A DNA stretch of 64,000 nucleotides from Octopus vulgaris (GCA_951406725.2 OX597817.1:69750001-69814000), one strand, 5' to 3'. Counted from the stretch's first letter, positions 12,871 through 26,722 are shown. The notes: generated by a model not told the origin, from the letters alone. Numbers and translations are program-made.

Positions 12871-12968
12871 ATTCTGCATATGACAAATTACAGAAGCAAT
12901 TGCAGACGTTGAAGTAAGCCAAAATCTTCCGTCAAGACAAAAACAGCCTCCAATGTTTATCTAAGTTT

Positions 12969-13191
12969 TACGAGGGGTTGTTGAAAAATCTCTGGCTTTG
13001 AGTAAAAGAAAATACGGGAGGATCATTTAATTACGATTTTATTCAACATATTCCCTTCTCCAGTTCATAGACTTATGGTAGCAGTTCTTCAGTTTTTCTA
13101 AGCCCTGTAAAAGAACTCGGAATGTTGGACCTCCAACCAAACCTTTTGGTGATAACCCTTAAAGCCAGGAACTTTTCAGCACCCTTTCTTA
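12969..13191. mobile_element. Mariner-like MITE
   Basis: TIRs TACGAGGGGTTGTTGAAAAATCTCTGGCTTT / AAAGCCAGGAACTTTTCAGCACCCTTTCTTA with TA ends. A second copy is at 899. Confidence 0.8.
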
Positions 13192-13542
13192 ATGTCTGAG
13201 TCTTAAGATCTCTCTCGACCAACGATCCACCTGGGTATCCATGAAATCTTCGAGTCAGAGGAGGGTGTATTAAGAACCATGAAAGGAGAGGATTGCAATA
13301 CATGCATTCAGTATGGTTGAATGGTTAGGAAATTCACTTCGCAGTCACAGGGTCCCGGGTTCGATCCTGTCTTGAGCAAGTGTCTTTTATCATCATTTCT
13401 GGTCGACCCAAGCCTTGTGAGTGGAACTCGGTAGACGTAGACGATGTGAAAGCCCGTTCGGTTGATTATGCACGTAATACATGCTATTCATGGCATTGAT
13501 GACCATGTTCTTAAATTAGACATAATTATTAATCTGGAATAA

Positions 13543-13755
13543 GGCGGCGAGCTGGCAGAAACGTTAAGCACGCCGGACGAAATGCTTAGCAGTATTTTGT
13601 CTGTCTTTACGTTTTGAGTTCAAATTCCGCCGTGGTCGACTTTGCCTTTCATCCTTTCGAAGTCGATAAATTAAGTACCAGTTGCGTACAGGGGTCGTTC
13701 TAATCGACTGGCCCTCTTGCTCAAAATTTTGAGCCTTGTACCTAGAGTAGAAAAC
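13543..13755 (+). mobile_element. SINE family A, tail B, with 17-bp TSD
   Basis: AATTATTAATCTGGAAT at 13524-13540 and 13756-13772. Confidence 0.92.
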
Positions 13756-13842
13756 AATTATTAATCTGGAATTTCGAACCTAATTTAATATGGAAGCTTT
13801 TATTTGTAATAGATAATGAATAAGCGAAGGCGTGGCTATAGA

Positions 13843-14014
13843 CACAGGCGTGGCTGTATGGTAAGAAGCATGCTTCCCAACCACGTGGTTACGGGTACAG
13901 TCCCAGTGTACAGCCCCTTGGTCAAGTGTTTTCTCCTATAGCTTCGAACCGACTAACCTTTGTGAGTGGATTTGGCAGACAGAAACTGAAAGAAGCCTGT
14001 CGTATATATATATG

Positions 14015-14047
<33 letters not shown>

Positions 14048-14270
14048 CTTTGTGCCTGTGTTCGTTCCCCGCCATCAGCATAGCTTGACAACCAGTGTTG
14101 GTTTGTTTATGTCCTCATAAATTAGCGGTTCGGCTAAAGAAAGACCCATAGAATAAGTATGAGACTTAAGAAAAACAAGTACTTGGGTCGATTTATTGAC
14201 TAAAAATTCTTCAATGCAGTGCCCCAGTGTAGCGATTGATTGAAACAAGTAAAAAATGCAATGAAAAGAA
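13843..14270 (+). mobile_element. SINE family B
   Basis: Full match including the internal (TA)n(TG)n. A degenerate 5' half also lies at about 13305-13460. Confidence 0.85.
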
Positions 14271-15037
14271 AAAGAACCCATTAAGAAGTTTTGTCTCCTA
14301 AGATCTGAAGCGATCTCAGACGTGTTTGTATCAAAAGTTTCTCTCGTCTAATATTGAGGTGTTTTGTGCTGTGCTTTCCGCCCATGTCAGCGATGATGAA
14401 GCAGATTTGTGATGATCAAAAGTATACTAGACATAAGCAATCCTATTTGTTTGCTTTTTTTTATCCTTTTCAGATAGCGTATCTATGATAGTCCTTATAG
14501 CAACTGCTTTTGTTGTTGTTGTTGTTGTTGTTGTTACTGCTGCTGTTGTTGTTATGATGTTGCTATTAGCTACAGAACAGATCTGATAAATCAGATCGAT
14601 GCTCAAAAACAAGACTATCCCATCTTTCGTTTTCGAACATTGCATCTAGGCCTCCATTACACAATGTAGCCTTCGGGTTTCTTTTGCTTAAGACAATAAG
14701 ACTGGATTAGAGAGAGATTATGTTGCGCTCCTGTTTTTGACAGGTCGAGTAACTGCTCAAGCCCTAGAGCATCTTATTTTTCGTGGTGTGTGTCGTCACA
14801 TGTGGAACTTACTCCATCTTTTTTTCTCTATCTCTCTCATCACCCATACAAACCATTTTACTCCCCTAGCTGTCTCTCTTACTCTTCCATTACGACTGCA
14901 AACCCCTTTATACCACTCGCTGTCTGTTTCTCTGTATACATCTGTGTAAACCACTCCTGCCTGTACCATCCCATTTACTCTCCTCTCGAATTCTCTCTTG
15001 ATATATTTCATTATGTCATGTTTTTTTTCGTTTCCAA

Positions 15038-15255
15038 GGCGGCCAGCTGGCAGAGTCGTTAGCACGCTGGACGAAATGCTTGGCGGTATTTCACCTGTCA
15101 CTCCGTTCTGAGTTCAAATTCCGCCGAGGTCCAGTTTATCTTTTATCCTTTCGAGGTCGATAAAATAAGTACCAGTTGAAGACTGGGGTCAATATAATCG
15201 ACTCATCTCCCCCACCCCAAATTGCTGCCCTCGTGACAACATTTGAAATGATTAT
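15038..15255 (+). mobile_element. SINE family A
   Basis: Matches head, B-box and central domain. Confidence 0.85.
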
Positions 15256-15335
15256 GTCGTGCTTTTTAATACAAAGGACAAAGAAATATTGTGGTGTTTA
15301 GTTGCTTCCCTTGATGTTTCGATTTAAATTTCCAT

Positions 15336-15852
15336 CCAGTACGCAACTAGTACTTAATTTATCGACCCCAAAAGGATGAAAGGCAAAGTCAACCTCGGCG
15401 GAATTTGAACTCAGAACGTAAAGACAAACGAAATACCTATTTCTTTACTACCCGCAAGGGGCTAAACACAGAGAAGACAAACAAGGACAGACAAACGGAT
15501 TAAGTTGATTACATCGACCCCAGTGCGCAACTGGTACTTAATTTATCGACCCCGAAAGGATGAAAGGCAACGTCGACCTCGGCGGAACTTGAACTCAGAA
15601 CGTAGCGGCAGGCGAAATACCTATTTCTTTATTACCCACAAGGGACTAAACATAGAGGAGACAAACATGGACAGACATAGGTTTTAAGTCGATTATATCG
15701 ACCCAGTGCTTAACTGGTACTTAATTTATCGACCCCGAAAGGATGAAAGGCAAAGTCGACCTCGGCGGAACTTGAACTCAGAACGTAGCGGCAGGCGAAA
15801 TACCGCTAAGTATTTCTCCCGGCGTGCTAACGATTCTGCCAGCTCGGCGCCT
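15336..15852 (-). mobile_element. Nested SINE-A trimer
   Basis: Three bodies with one head. Two equivalent junctions CGAAATACC|TATTTCTTTA. Confidence 0.9.
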
Positions 15853-16712
15853 TTTTTCTTTTCTCCTTTAAATAATGAACAGTTAATTTTCTAAAAAATT
15901 TTCCAGCTTACAGTATTGAACTTAACAACCTTTACTAATCAGAAAGAAAGCAACGTGAAGCTGTTCTATTATTCAGCCTTAGATCAGAGACTGCAATCAT
16001 TTGATATTTATTGTCAGATAAGAAAAGAAGGCCTGGCTTCAGAAGGATAACGGTGATTATTAATCCAGTGTTTTGATTTTCCGCAAGAGGCACATTGCAA
16101 TCGTAGGCATCCTGGGATCGATAAGATAGATGCAGAATTGAGAGAATTTGAACTCGCGTAACACGATCCTTGGTAGGAAGTGTAATAAATCAATAACAAC
16201 AATAGGAGAAGTAGCAACAGCAACAACAACAACGACAACATCAACAACAACATCAAGAATAAAAGCAACAGCAACGAAAATTTCCCGTTATAAGTTGGAA
16301 GAGGCAGTAAAAATAACTGTTGCTATGAATGAATTAGGGATAGCAAGAGAAGTTCTAGCAATTGCAAATAGATATATGTCACATGTCAACTAGATGCAAC
16401 AGGAAGGAAAAGACTGTACAAATATGCATACGTGCATATGTGCAAATATAAGTTACAGTTTTGGTGAGATAAAACAATTATGGGAATAAATATGAAACGA
16501 AATGAAATAAGGGAATATTATTTATGTACATTTAAAATTTGTGCACATATTTACACACATGCACATTCAGATATATTCAAATACAATCGCATACCCGGAC
16601 ACATATTTAGACACACATATATACCCCCACACACGAATAATTAAAGATGTTCAAAAATAAATAGAAATAATACACACACATATATATGCTTATATATATG
16701 CTTATATATATG

Positions 16713-16767
<55 letters not shown>

Positions 16768-17219
16768 GTACACACACACATATATATGTATAGGTATGTA
16801 TAGGCATGCAGATTTATTTATGTAATGCACATGTATGTGCATGCACTTCCATATACTTCTAATGCATACATATATGCATATAAGCTAATATATGTAGTTT
16901 CATATCTATGAATATGTATATACGTGCACACATGCAAATACGTAAATGCGTATATACATACACTAACGATTCATGTATCTATACATACACACACACACAT
17001 ATAATTATGTATGTATATGTGCATATATACACCTACACATATATACATATATAAATACATATATGTATGTGTCTGTATATATATATATATAATATATATA
17101 TATATATACATACACATGTTTATTCACGTATCTTAGTATAATGCGAACGTAGTATTTCTCTACTGTATATTTTGGTTGAGCAAACAGCTAGGAAATCTGT
17201 TAACTTAACCAATTTAATG

Positions 17220-17254
<35 letters not shown>

Positions 17255-17255
17255 A

Positions 17256-17308
<53 letters not shown>

Positions 17309-17777
17309 ATGCGTACTGGAACATGCTGACTGATAGGAGATTTTTCTAGAGTATGGTGTTGCACGTGTGATATGAGTAAAAGGAACATTTAGATAAGGAA
17401 TATCGCACCAATATCAGGAAGTTAGAACAATGATATACAAAGCACGTTGTTGCATGAAAAGGAAATGGTGCTGCATGAATGCGGTGAGGATAACGATGAT
17501 AGCGATGATGACCATGGTGATGATGATGGTGATGATGATGATGATGATGATGATGCTGATGATGATGATGATGATGATGATTACAGTAAAACTGATGGTT
17601 ATAATGGAGATGAGCATTGAGATGGTGACGGTAGGGTCGATGGTGATGATGACGATCGTGATGATAGTCGTGATGATGTTAGTATTGACGGTGAAAATGA
17701 TTATCATGAATCACTAAGGCAATATCAGAACTGGTAATATGATGATGATGATGATGATGTTCGTGAGAATGGCGATA

Positions 17778-17810
<33 letters not shown>

Positions 17811-17877
17811 ATGATGATGATGACTAAGCTTGGTTGCTCAAACCAAAGCAGAAGGGTAATATGATGTATATAGAAGC

Positions 17878-17908
<31 letters not shown>

Positions 17909-18264
17909 TGTATGTATGTATGTATGTATGTATGTATGTATGTATGTATGTATGTATGTATGTATGTATGTATGTAGGTATGTATTTGTGTGTGCGTGTG
18001 TGTGTGTGTGAGTGTGTACATATGTATTTTTTGTCTTTTATCTTCTACATGCTTCGATCATTAGACTGCGGCCATGCTGGGGCACTTTCTTGAGAAATTT
18101 TGATTGTATGAATCGACCCTACTACAGCACGAGAGCTACTCAAACTCATGCCCAGAAGCCAAGGGACATAGGATTGTACAAAAACAGTAGGAGACATGAA
18201 CACTCTGAGTTATTTCTCTCATCTTTTTTGCTTATATTTGTGTGTATGTGTGTGTGTATGTGTG

Positions 18265-18332
<68 letters not shown>

Positions 18333-18336
<4 letters not shown>

Positions 18337-18805
18337 GGAAGGTTATAAAACTGGAGAGGGCTACCATCAGCACGAAAGCCTAAAGCGCAGGATTCGGAGG
18401 GGATTGTCATCAGAACCGCAATGGGCTAAAAAAAAAAACCCAAAAATAGAAGTGTGAAACGTGTGACCACGTTCTCCTTTCCAAGGCTGGATATGTCAAT
18501 CATCTGTAGTCCCATGGAATATCAACTGTATGCAAGGTCGTTTCTCTTAAATTGGGTGCTTCTACGTTTGTAGTGTGTAAAAGGGTCTGAAGGAATGCAT
18601 GGTGGTTCCCAGGAATCATATCCCACAAAGTGATCTAATCAATCTAGAGGATGTACAACTTTGGTTTGTCACACTTTAAACCATGCACATCTGAGTTAGT
18701 CATCTAAGAGACCATAGACAGAATATCAGGAATGCCTTGGACAACGAGAAAGATCAGAGGGAGAAAAACGGCAATCATATATGAAAATGGAGCGATCATC
18801 ATGTA
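18333..18805 (+). mobile_element. Degenerate RTE-clade 3' end with decayed C2H2 fingers
   Basis: Translation fragments LSKAGYVNHL, VVCKRV*RNA and SHLRDH parallel the three fingers at 32.6-32.95 kb. Ends before TGTACGTATG. Confidence 0.55.
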
Positions 18806-18811
18806 CGTATG

Positions 18812-19117
18812 CAAGTTTTTCTTTGAGTTTTATTTAAGTTCTTGAGAGAGTTCGAGCCAGTCACTAAAAAGCGACAAAACATTTTAAGGTAAAAGAGTTC
18901 CCGATGTTTGAAAATGTGTGGTTGAGTTGGTGTGTTGGTTGAGCAGTGTGTGCATCTATTCATCTAAAGAATCTCGGATGGAGAATTTTCGGAATGTCTT
19001 ACAAATCTTCACTGTACCGCTAATAGATTGGATTTGGAGAAACCGCGCCAATTTATTTTGTTCTTTCTTCGAAAAACCTGGCATTTCTAAGTTTTCGTGT
19101 AAACTTGTTACTACATA
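18812..19117 (-). mobile_element. R4/Dong-like 3' fragment, diverged subfamily
   Basis: LQIQSISGTVKICKTF matches the C-terminus of the 1535-3226 element. Bounded by (TATG)n. Confidence 0.8.
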
Positions 19118-19261
19118 GTATGTATGTATGTATGTATGTATGTATGTATGTATGTATGTATGTATGTATGTATGTATGTATGTATGTATGTATGTATGTA
19201 TGTGTGTATGTATGTATGTATGTATGTATGTATGTATGTATGTATGTATGTATGTATGTAT

Positions 19262-19797
19262 GTCATTATTTAATTTTATTTCAAGATTTCTTGTCAATAG
19301 AGAAAGAGCTGGTTTCTAACAGATTCAAGACTCCTTCAATGGAATCTCAACAACATCAACTGTATATTTTTGTATGTATGAATCTAAGTATGTGTGCAGG
19401 TTTGTATGTTTTGTTTTATATTCGTATTCTCATACATATAGTTGCATGTCTAGGCATAATCATATATTCTTAAATAATAAACTTCTGGAAAGTTTTACAG
19501 ATTTTTACAGTTCCACTGACGGCTTGGATCTGTAGTCTTTGAATCAGCTTTCTCCTTTCTGGTTTTGAGAAGCCTAATTTCTCACGATTGGTATTTAAAC
19601 AGTGTGTTACATATCTCAGCGCCCCAATAATTAGAGGTATAAACCTGAACTTCTAATCTGGATAGAGTAACTGCAGATTTCTCAATAATTCTGCGGTCTT
19701 TTTCTTTTTAGCTGATATTTAGCTTTATGCTAACATCCGCTGGGTAGCCGATTTCTACAACTGTACACAATTTCTCTTTTCTATCGTAAATCATTAT
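19262..19797 (-). mobile_element. R4/Dong-like 3' fragment, (TACA)n family
   Basis: Reverse homolog of about 2650-3226 with (TATG)n on both sides. Confidence 0.9.
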
Positions 19798-19877
19798 GTA
19801 TGTATGTATGTATGTATGTATGTATGTATGTATGTATGTATGTATGTATTTGTGGTATGGTGGCATGGTGGCATGGC

Positions 19878-19945
19878 GGGACCCATTCCTGTGGAGAATG
19901 GTGTCAAGCAGGGTGTCATCCTTGTTCCAACTCTCTATAGCCTTT
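19878..19945 (+). mobile_element. RTE-like reverse-transcriptase micro-fragment
   Basis: Translates to IPVENGVKQGVILVPTLYS, matching the RT motif GVKQG..LAPTLF. Confidence 0.6.
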
Positions 19946-20105
19946 TCACATTGTTACTGCCAATGAATTAATTATGTTAAAGAGAAACGTGTCTATGGAA
20001 CGGTCAGCCTCATGCACGCTGATTCATTGGGCAGGTAGATTAATCTTATCGAATAACTTATTGTCGAAACCGACAAAGATATTTCACTACATCCCTACAT
20101 ACTAA

Positions 20106-20527
<422 letters not shown>

Positions 20528-21239
20528 AATGCATACATACAAACAAACATACATGCACCATCATCATTATCATCATCACCATCGTCGTCGTCATGATCAT
20601 CATGGTGATGGTTGCTAACGTTGGTAATGTGAACATGGAAAAAAGGAAGTCGAAGACGAACAAGAATGAATCAACCACAACAACAACAATGACAAAGAAT
20701 GAAGAAAAATAATCAATGCATAAGCAAATGATAAAAAAAAGACTCCACCCCAAAACATATTAATGAAGAATAAAACCAATAGTGTCAACAACACTAAGAA
20801 CACCAAGAGGGAGAAGTGAAGAAAAAAGAATAAGGGGGAGGAGGAGGAGAACAAAAAGAGGTAAAAAGAAAAGAAGGAAGAGGAGATGAAATGTTAAAAG
20901 AAAAAAAAAAAGGAAAGAGAAAAGGAAAGAAAGAAAGAAACGAGCGAAAGAACGAATGTAAGAAACTAAAGGAAGAAGTTGAAGTTGTACTGATCTCCTC
21001 CTGCACAAACGAAGAACAAAGAAAGACGTGAAAAATGCGAAGTTAAAGGATATAAATAGATAAATACATAAAAAGAAAGACTGAGAAAGAAAGGAGAAAG
21101 AATGGTGAGGTTAATCTTTTGTGACAGTAAATTATCCCTAAATGGATGAAGGTCAACCGAAGAGTAGCGAGTTCACTCACAGAGAAATTAATCGCTATTA
21201 ACCGATATGGTTTTCCATGTTGGTTTATAACAAGAACTG

Positions 21240-21486
21240 CGGTGTTATATCGATCATCTTTCTTTCTGTGTTTCGTTTCTCTTTTCTTTTTCCTTTTTTT
21301 TTCACCCTCTCCTAACGGTTTAGTCAGCGTAGAAAGGGCAGTAGCTATGACGCATTTCGAGGCCTTCCCAGATTGGCTGGAGAGGAAGAAAAGAAGTGAT
21401 CCTTAAAAACGGGGAGCTGACCCGAATACTTGCATTTCAGTTGGCTCCGGTTAAAGTTACCCGCAGGTCAGGTGACTAAGGTAAAC
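21240..21486 (+). promoter_or_regulatory. Candidate RNA Pol II promoter and short non-coding first exon
   Basis: Unique, comparatively CpG-rich island. It has DRE-like TATCGATC (21248), CRE-like TGACGCA (21348), reverse CCAAT (21372), TATA-like CTTAAAAA (21402), Inr TCAGTT (21437-21442) and donor-like CAG|GTGACT and AAG|GTAAAC (21480/21481). Confidence 0.45.
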
Positions 21487-21699
21487 CGCGATGTTGTTTT
21501 CCATGTCTTTCTCAAATTTCTCGACATGTGATATTCGCCTCGTGTGTATCGTCCGTTCATGTCCCGTCACTATATATTGTATTGTGGCCACACAGAACAT
21601 TGCGGATGAGGATTCTAAGGGAATCATGGTTAATCTATCTTTCATATACATATGTATGGGTATATATATATATATATACATATATGTATATATATTCAT

Positions 21700-21915
21700 T
21701 CAAAATGTGACTGCGTGTGTACCGTTGGCGATTTTTTTTCCTCCGTCTTCCCTTCTTTGGATCTTTCCTTTTCCTGTGTTTCTGACGAAGAGCTCCGCTC
21801 GAAACGTTAAACCCTCCTTCTTTCCTTCTTTCCTGAGCGTCCAATAATACTATACTTGTTCCACGTCCTCGCGTTGTTGTGTTTTCTCTTTGTGTTTTCA
21901 TGTTTGGATTAACTT
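21700..21915 (+). mobile_element. Short hammerhead-bearing repeat (Penelope-like terminal repeat), next to (TA)n
   Basis: Homologous to 49845-50025. Both end GGATTAACTT(TA)n. Confidence 0.75.
21778..21812 (+). ncRNA. Minimal type I hammerhead ribozyme motif
   Basis: GUUU-CUGACGA-A-GAGC(UCC)GCUC-GAAA-C-GUU^AAAC. The core is intact, stems I and II pair, and stem III is the palindrome ACGU. Confidence 0.7.
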
Positions 21916-22416
21916 TATATATCTATGAAGAACAACGGTTCGTCTATGCGGCTTTCCATACGGTTTCTGCCTATTGTTCATTCGATGCTATGCTAGAAAA
22001 CACTTGTCGAACGTGTTGCGTAGTGAAATTGGCAGAAATGTCAAATATGAATAAAATAATGAGAGAATGTACGATACACCTACTTACTGTCCAAGAACAC
22101 CTACTTACTATCCAGGAACCTGTTTATCATATCATTTTCTAGTGTCAGTTGTTGGACAAAGACCTGCAGGAACACTATGGACAATACTTTTTGTTTATTT
22201 AACCGTGTGATAGAGACTTCGTTAATTTCTTAAGAAACAACAACCCAGATTTAACGGGGCATAACTTACACGAAGCCGGCACACAGATTCTAGCAACAGA
22301 AGCTAACACACACTTATAGTATTATACTATCAAACATTAAACTCCACTATCCTGTATTGGCAGCTTTCGTCTCTTATATGACTGCTCTCGTCTCTTACAC
22401 ACACAACTCTTATCCG

Positions 22417-22447
<31 letters not shown>

Positions 22448-23992
22448 CATGCATGTATGCCTACTTATCTATGACTAAAAGCATATTTCTATATCGGGTT
22501 TATATGTTACGATATGGTGGTTATCTTTTTAAATAGGACACAAAACAATGCTCTTATCACGGTCGTCGTCGTTATTATCATCGTTGTTGTCGTCATCGTC
22601 ATCATCGGAGTTTATGATTATAAGTATCATTAAGAATATGAATGTTCTTACGTCATCATTACGTTGTTGTTCCTTATGTCAATACCAAGATTCTGGTACC
22701 TCAAATATGTTATCTCCCCAGCCAGATGATGTAGTTTCAATTAACGTATGTCTCTAATGTTGCTGTTTATTTTCCTCTTCAATAAACTGTCAAGGTTTAC
22801 TACAATGCAGCACATCACAACCCTTGTTATAATTACTAAGTTACGTACCTTTAATATCTATGTTAAAATCTGTTTACATTTTGGTTTTCATACTTTCACG
22901 GCCAGATGTTAGGGTTGATTTAATCAACTGCAGTCATGCAATAATCTCTTCTATCCAAAAAAATGTGTGTTTTTTTTGCCAGTAGCCAGTGTTATAGTCA
23001 CTCGTACAAACTTCTATATCTTGGGTGCCACCAAGAATAACTCTGCTTTTTCCTTATTTTATTGAATCTTAAAAAAGAATGAATAAAAGATATAACATAA
23101 AATACAACATTTGTAGAATCCATATCCATTTTCCCTCACCGACGATTGCACAGAGTTATATGAAACCCATGAATATAAAATTAATATTTATTCAATATAA
23201 ATGTTTGTGCATCCATTTGGCTTATGCGGGGATATTCGCACATGTATATTAGGTTACATTGTATTACACTCTATATTGAGTATCGATCACTGTGTTTCTA
23301 CTGCATAAAGATGTGTACTTGACTGGTAAGTGACTTGATCTGGGCTAGGATTTAAAATTGAAGCAGTTACACTGTAGAATAGCCATTTTAACCATCTAAA
23401 ACACACAAAAACTGTTAAATTCACTTCTTATTTATTCCTTGACGTGTGGCAATATTTCATAATTTCCGTCGCACAGACGTTACCTGGCTATCTGGTCGCT
23501 GTCAGTACTACTGACCGGGCCACAGTTTTATACGGCGTATATACATACACATATGTACATACATATTCATATATATATACCCCATTTCCGGTTTTGACAT
23601 TCACTTAACAAACATCCTAAATTAAAAACCACATGGATTTAATCACATGGATCTTAATCCTCCAAGGTAATTTTTCCAAGAACTATCATTGAACTCGAGA
23701 TACACAAAGACTTTACAATGTATCAGTGTACCTATTTTTTAATTTTTGTATATGTTTATTATTTTTTTGCAAAAAACAATGTAATTTTCTTTTCCCCCCC
23801 CCCACTCCTCAATTATAAAAAATTTTCTTTTCACCTTACAATTCTTGAAAAGTCGCATTACAACGAAAACCGGTTAGATTTAATATATTTAAAAAAAAAT
23901 TTAAAAAAATATTTTTTTTAAATTTTCCATACACCCATTTTCATTAAAATTTACCTTCAATTTAGCATTCTGCCTTTTTATAATTTTTCCTT

Positions 23993-24039
<47 letters not shown>

Positions 24040-24040
24040 G

Positions 24041-24087
<47 letters not shown>

Positions 24088-24135
24088 GGCTTCCCCTTGT
24101 GAACACTCTAGGTTTCGTCCTTCCGTTTTTTACTG

Positions 24136-24228
<93 letters not shown>

Positions 24229-24237
24229 GGATAGATA

Positions 24238-24639
24238 TGTTTCTTTATTAGCCACACAGGGCTGCACACAGATAGAACAAATTACAAGGTAGAGCTTTTC
24301 TTTTGAAGGTAAAAAAAAAAGGGGGGTCGATCAAAAGGGATCGTAAAAGGAGAGAAAGAGGACAAAAAAAAGGGGGGGTTAAAAAAAAGGGGGGAGGAAA
24401 AAAAATTGATCAATAGGGATCGTTATCACAGAAATGTCAATATGAAGTGTAAAGGGGAGGACAGGTGAGGTTTACCCGTGGAAAGAAAAGGCTACGGAAA
24501 AGACCACGGTAACCTCGGTCAATGAAGTCACTTGTTATATTTCTTTCTTTTATTTTTTTTTGCAAATAAGCAACTCTCTGTATTAAATTTTATGGTTCAT
24601 AGAATCATAGTCAAGGTGGCTTCGTCATTCATACGTGCC

Positions 24640-24641
<2 letters not shown>
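24238..24641 (-). mobile_element. 3' end of an unclassified retroelement inside a (GATA)n array
   Basis: A ~400-bp block interrupts (GATA)n. The minus strand ends ...GTGTGGCTAATAAAGAAAC and begins with a short ORF end, MARMNDEATLTMIL*. Confidence 0.6.
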
Positions 24642-24732
<91 letters not shown>

Positions 24733-25079
24733 CAGATAGATAGATAGATAGATCTGTAAAATATAGAGCAAGCGGTGCCTGTAAGAGTAATGATAAAGTG
24801 AAGTGTTTGTTATTGTTTAGTTTTTGGCCAGCCTGATATGGCTGTACTATGATCAGCGATGTTCCATCAAAGACTATTCGGTCTTATTTTATTAATTTTT
24901 TTTTTTTTGTATGTGATATCCAATATGTGTGTCTTATTCTTTTAAAGTCTAACGATTTCGGTGATACCTAGCTGATATTTCTAGCAGGTCTATCAACTAT
25001 GTAGGGGGTCCCGTTGTTCACGTCTGCGTATACTTGTCTGTGTGTATGTGTGTATGTGTGTGTGGGGTGGTGGTGGAGA

Positions 25080-25266
25080 GCAGTAAGGATGTCAAGAGAA
25101 TGCCGTGAGAGAAAGAAAGATAAGAAACGGTGAGGTGGGAAGAAAAGTGAAAGAAGGAAGAAAGAAAGAGAGTAAGTGAATCAATAATTGGCAGAAAGGC
25201 AGAGAAAAGTATGAGAAAGAAAAAGAGAGGAAGATAGGGAGAGAGAGAGAGAGTAAAAATGAGAGC

Positions 25267-25321
<55 letters not shown>

Positions 25322-25516
25322 AGAGAGAAGCGAAGGTGTAGAATCAATAAATGACGGAGGAGAAAGAGTCGAAGGATGAGGAAGGTGGAGAGGGAGTTGT
25401 AAGTTTTAGAGGGAGAAAAAGAGAGGGATGAGGGGTTATTAGGGGAGTGAATCGATAAATGGAAGAGGGAAAAACGATGATGAGAGAGGGATGGAAAAAG
25501 AAAAGTTGGCAGGCTC

Positions 25517-25580
<64 letters not shown>

Positions 25581-25772
25581 AAGAGATTGACGGAGTAGGG
25601 GAAAGAGGTAAAGTGAATCGGTAAATGACAAGGTAAAAAAGTCTGAGTAGTATATATACATACATATATATATATATATGTATATGTATATATATGTGTG
25701 TATATATGTGTATCTATATATATATGTATGTATATATATATGTATATGTATATATATGTGTATATATGTGTA

Positions 25773-25807
<35 letters not shown>

Positions 25808-25908
25808 TCACACACACGTACATAAAGACACGTACACTCACACACACACACACGTACACACGCATATACACACGCTCGCAAGCACGTATACACACATACA
25901 GAGAGAGA

Positions 25909-25957
<49 letters not shown>

Positions 25958-26681
25958 AGAGACAGAGAGAAAGAATGAGTATTGGAAGGAGAATGAGAGA
26001 AGAATAGTGATTTAATTGGACTGAATCGGATTTGTAGTGGTGGTGGTGGTGGTGGTAGTTGTGGTGATGACGTTGGTGACGGGAGCGGCGCTGGTGGTGG
26101 TGGTGGTGGTATTGGTGGTGGAGGTGGTGATATTGGTGGTGGTGATGGTGGTGGTGGTGGTGGTGGTGGTGGTAGTGCAGGTGAGCTTGGTAGATTCGGT
26201 TGAAAGTAAATGGTTGGCTTGGTATGGTTTGGTGGTTGTGCATTTAAATAGTTGGGTTAGGTCGGTTTGGTAAGGGGTTGTGGTAATGGATTACGTGCCA
26301 GGTAAAAAAAAAAGGGTGGCGGCAGCGGTGATGCTGATAGTAGTAGTAGTAGTAGTAACGGCGGCAGTTGTGGTGGTGGTGGTGATGCTGATGGTGGGAG
26401 TAATAGTGATGGTGGTGGTGGTAGTAATAATGGCGGTGGTGGTGGTGGTGGTGGTATTGGTGGTGACGGTTGTATTGGTAGTAGTAGTGGTGGTGGTGGT
26501 GGTGGTGGTGGTGGTGGTATTGGTGGTGACGGTTGTATTGGTAGTAGTAGTAGTAGTGGTGGTGGTGGTGGTGGTGATAACGGTAGTGAGTTGGCGTATT
26601 TGCTAGTAATAGTCGCTGATATTATCAGCCAAGGGTTTTAGTCGCAGAGGTGGTGGAGGGTGGATGTGGTGGTGGTGGTGG

Positions 26682-26722
<41 letters not shown>

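Noticed and set aside
13305-13460. tRNA genes at A/B-box motifs (also ~360-440 and ~33398-33560)
   Set aside because: No full cloverleaf; each continues into SINE-B body sequence.
15336-15852. CRISPR-like or satellite array
   Set aside because: The units are ~185-bp SINE bodies without unique spacers, in a eukaryotic context.
16014-16274. Cys-containing minus-strand exon
   Set aside because: The ORF starts in a simple repeat, has no recognisable domain and contains a B-box-like GAGTTCAAATTC suggesting SINE debris.
21635-21901. Paralogous small proteins (with 49825-50100)
   Set aside because: They are antisense readings of the hammerhead-bearing repeat.
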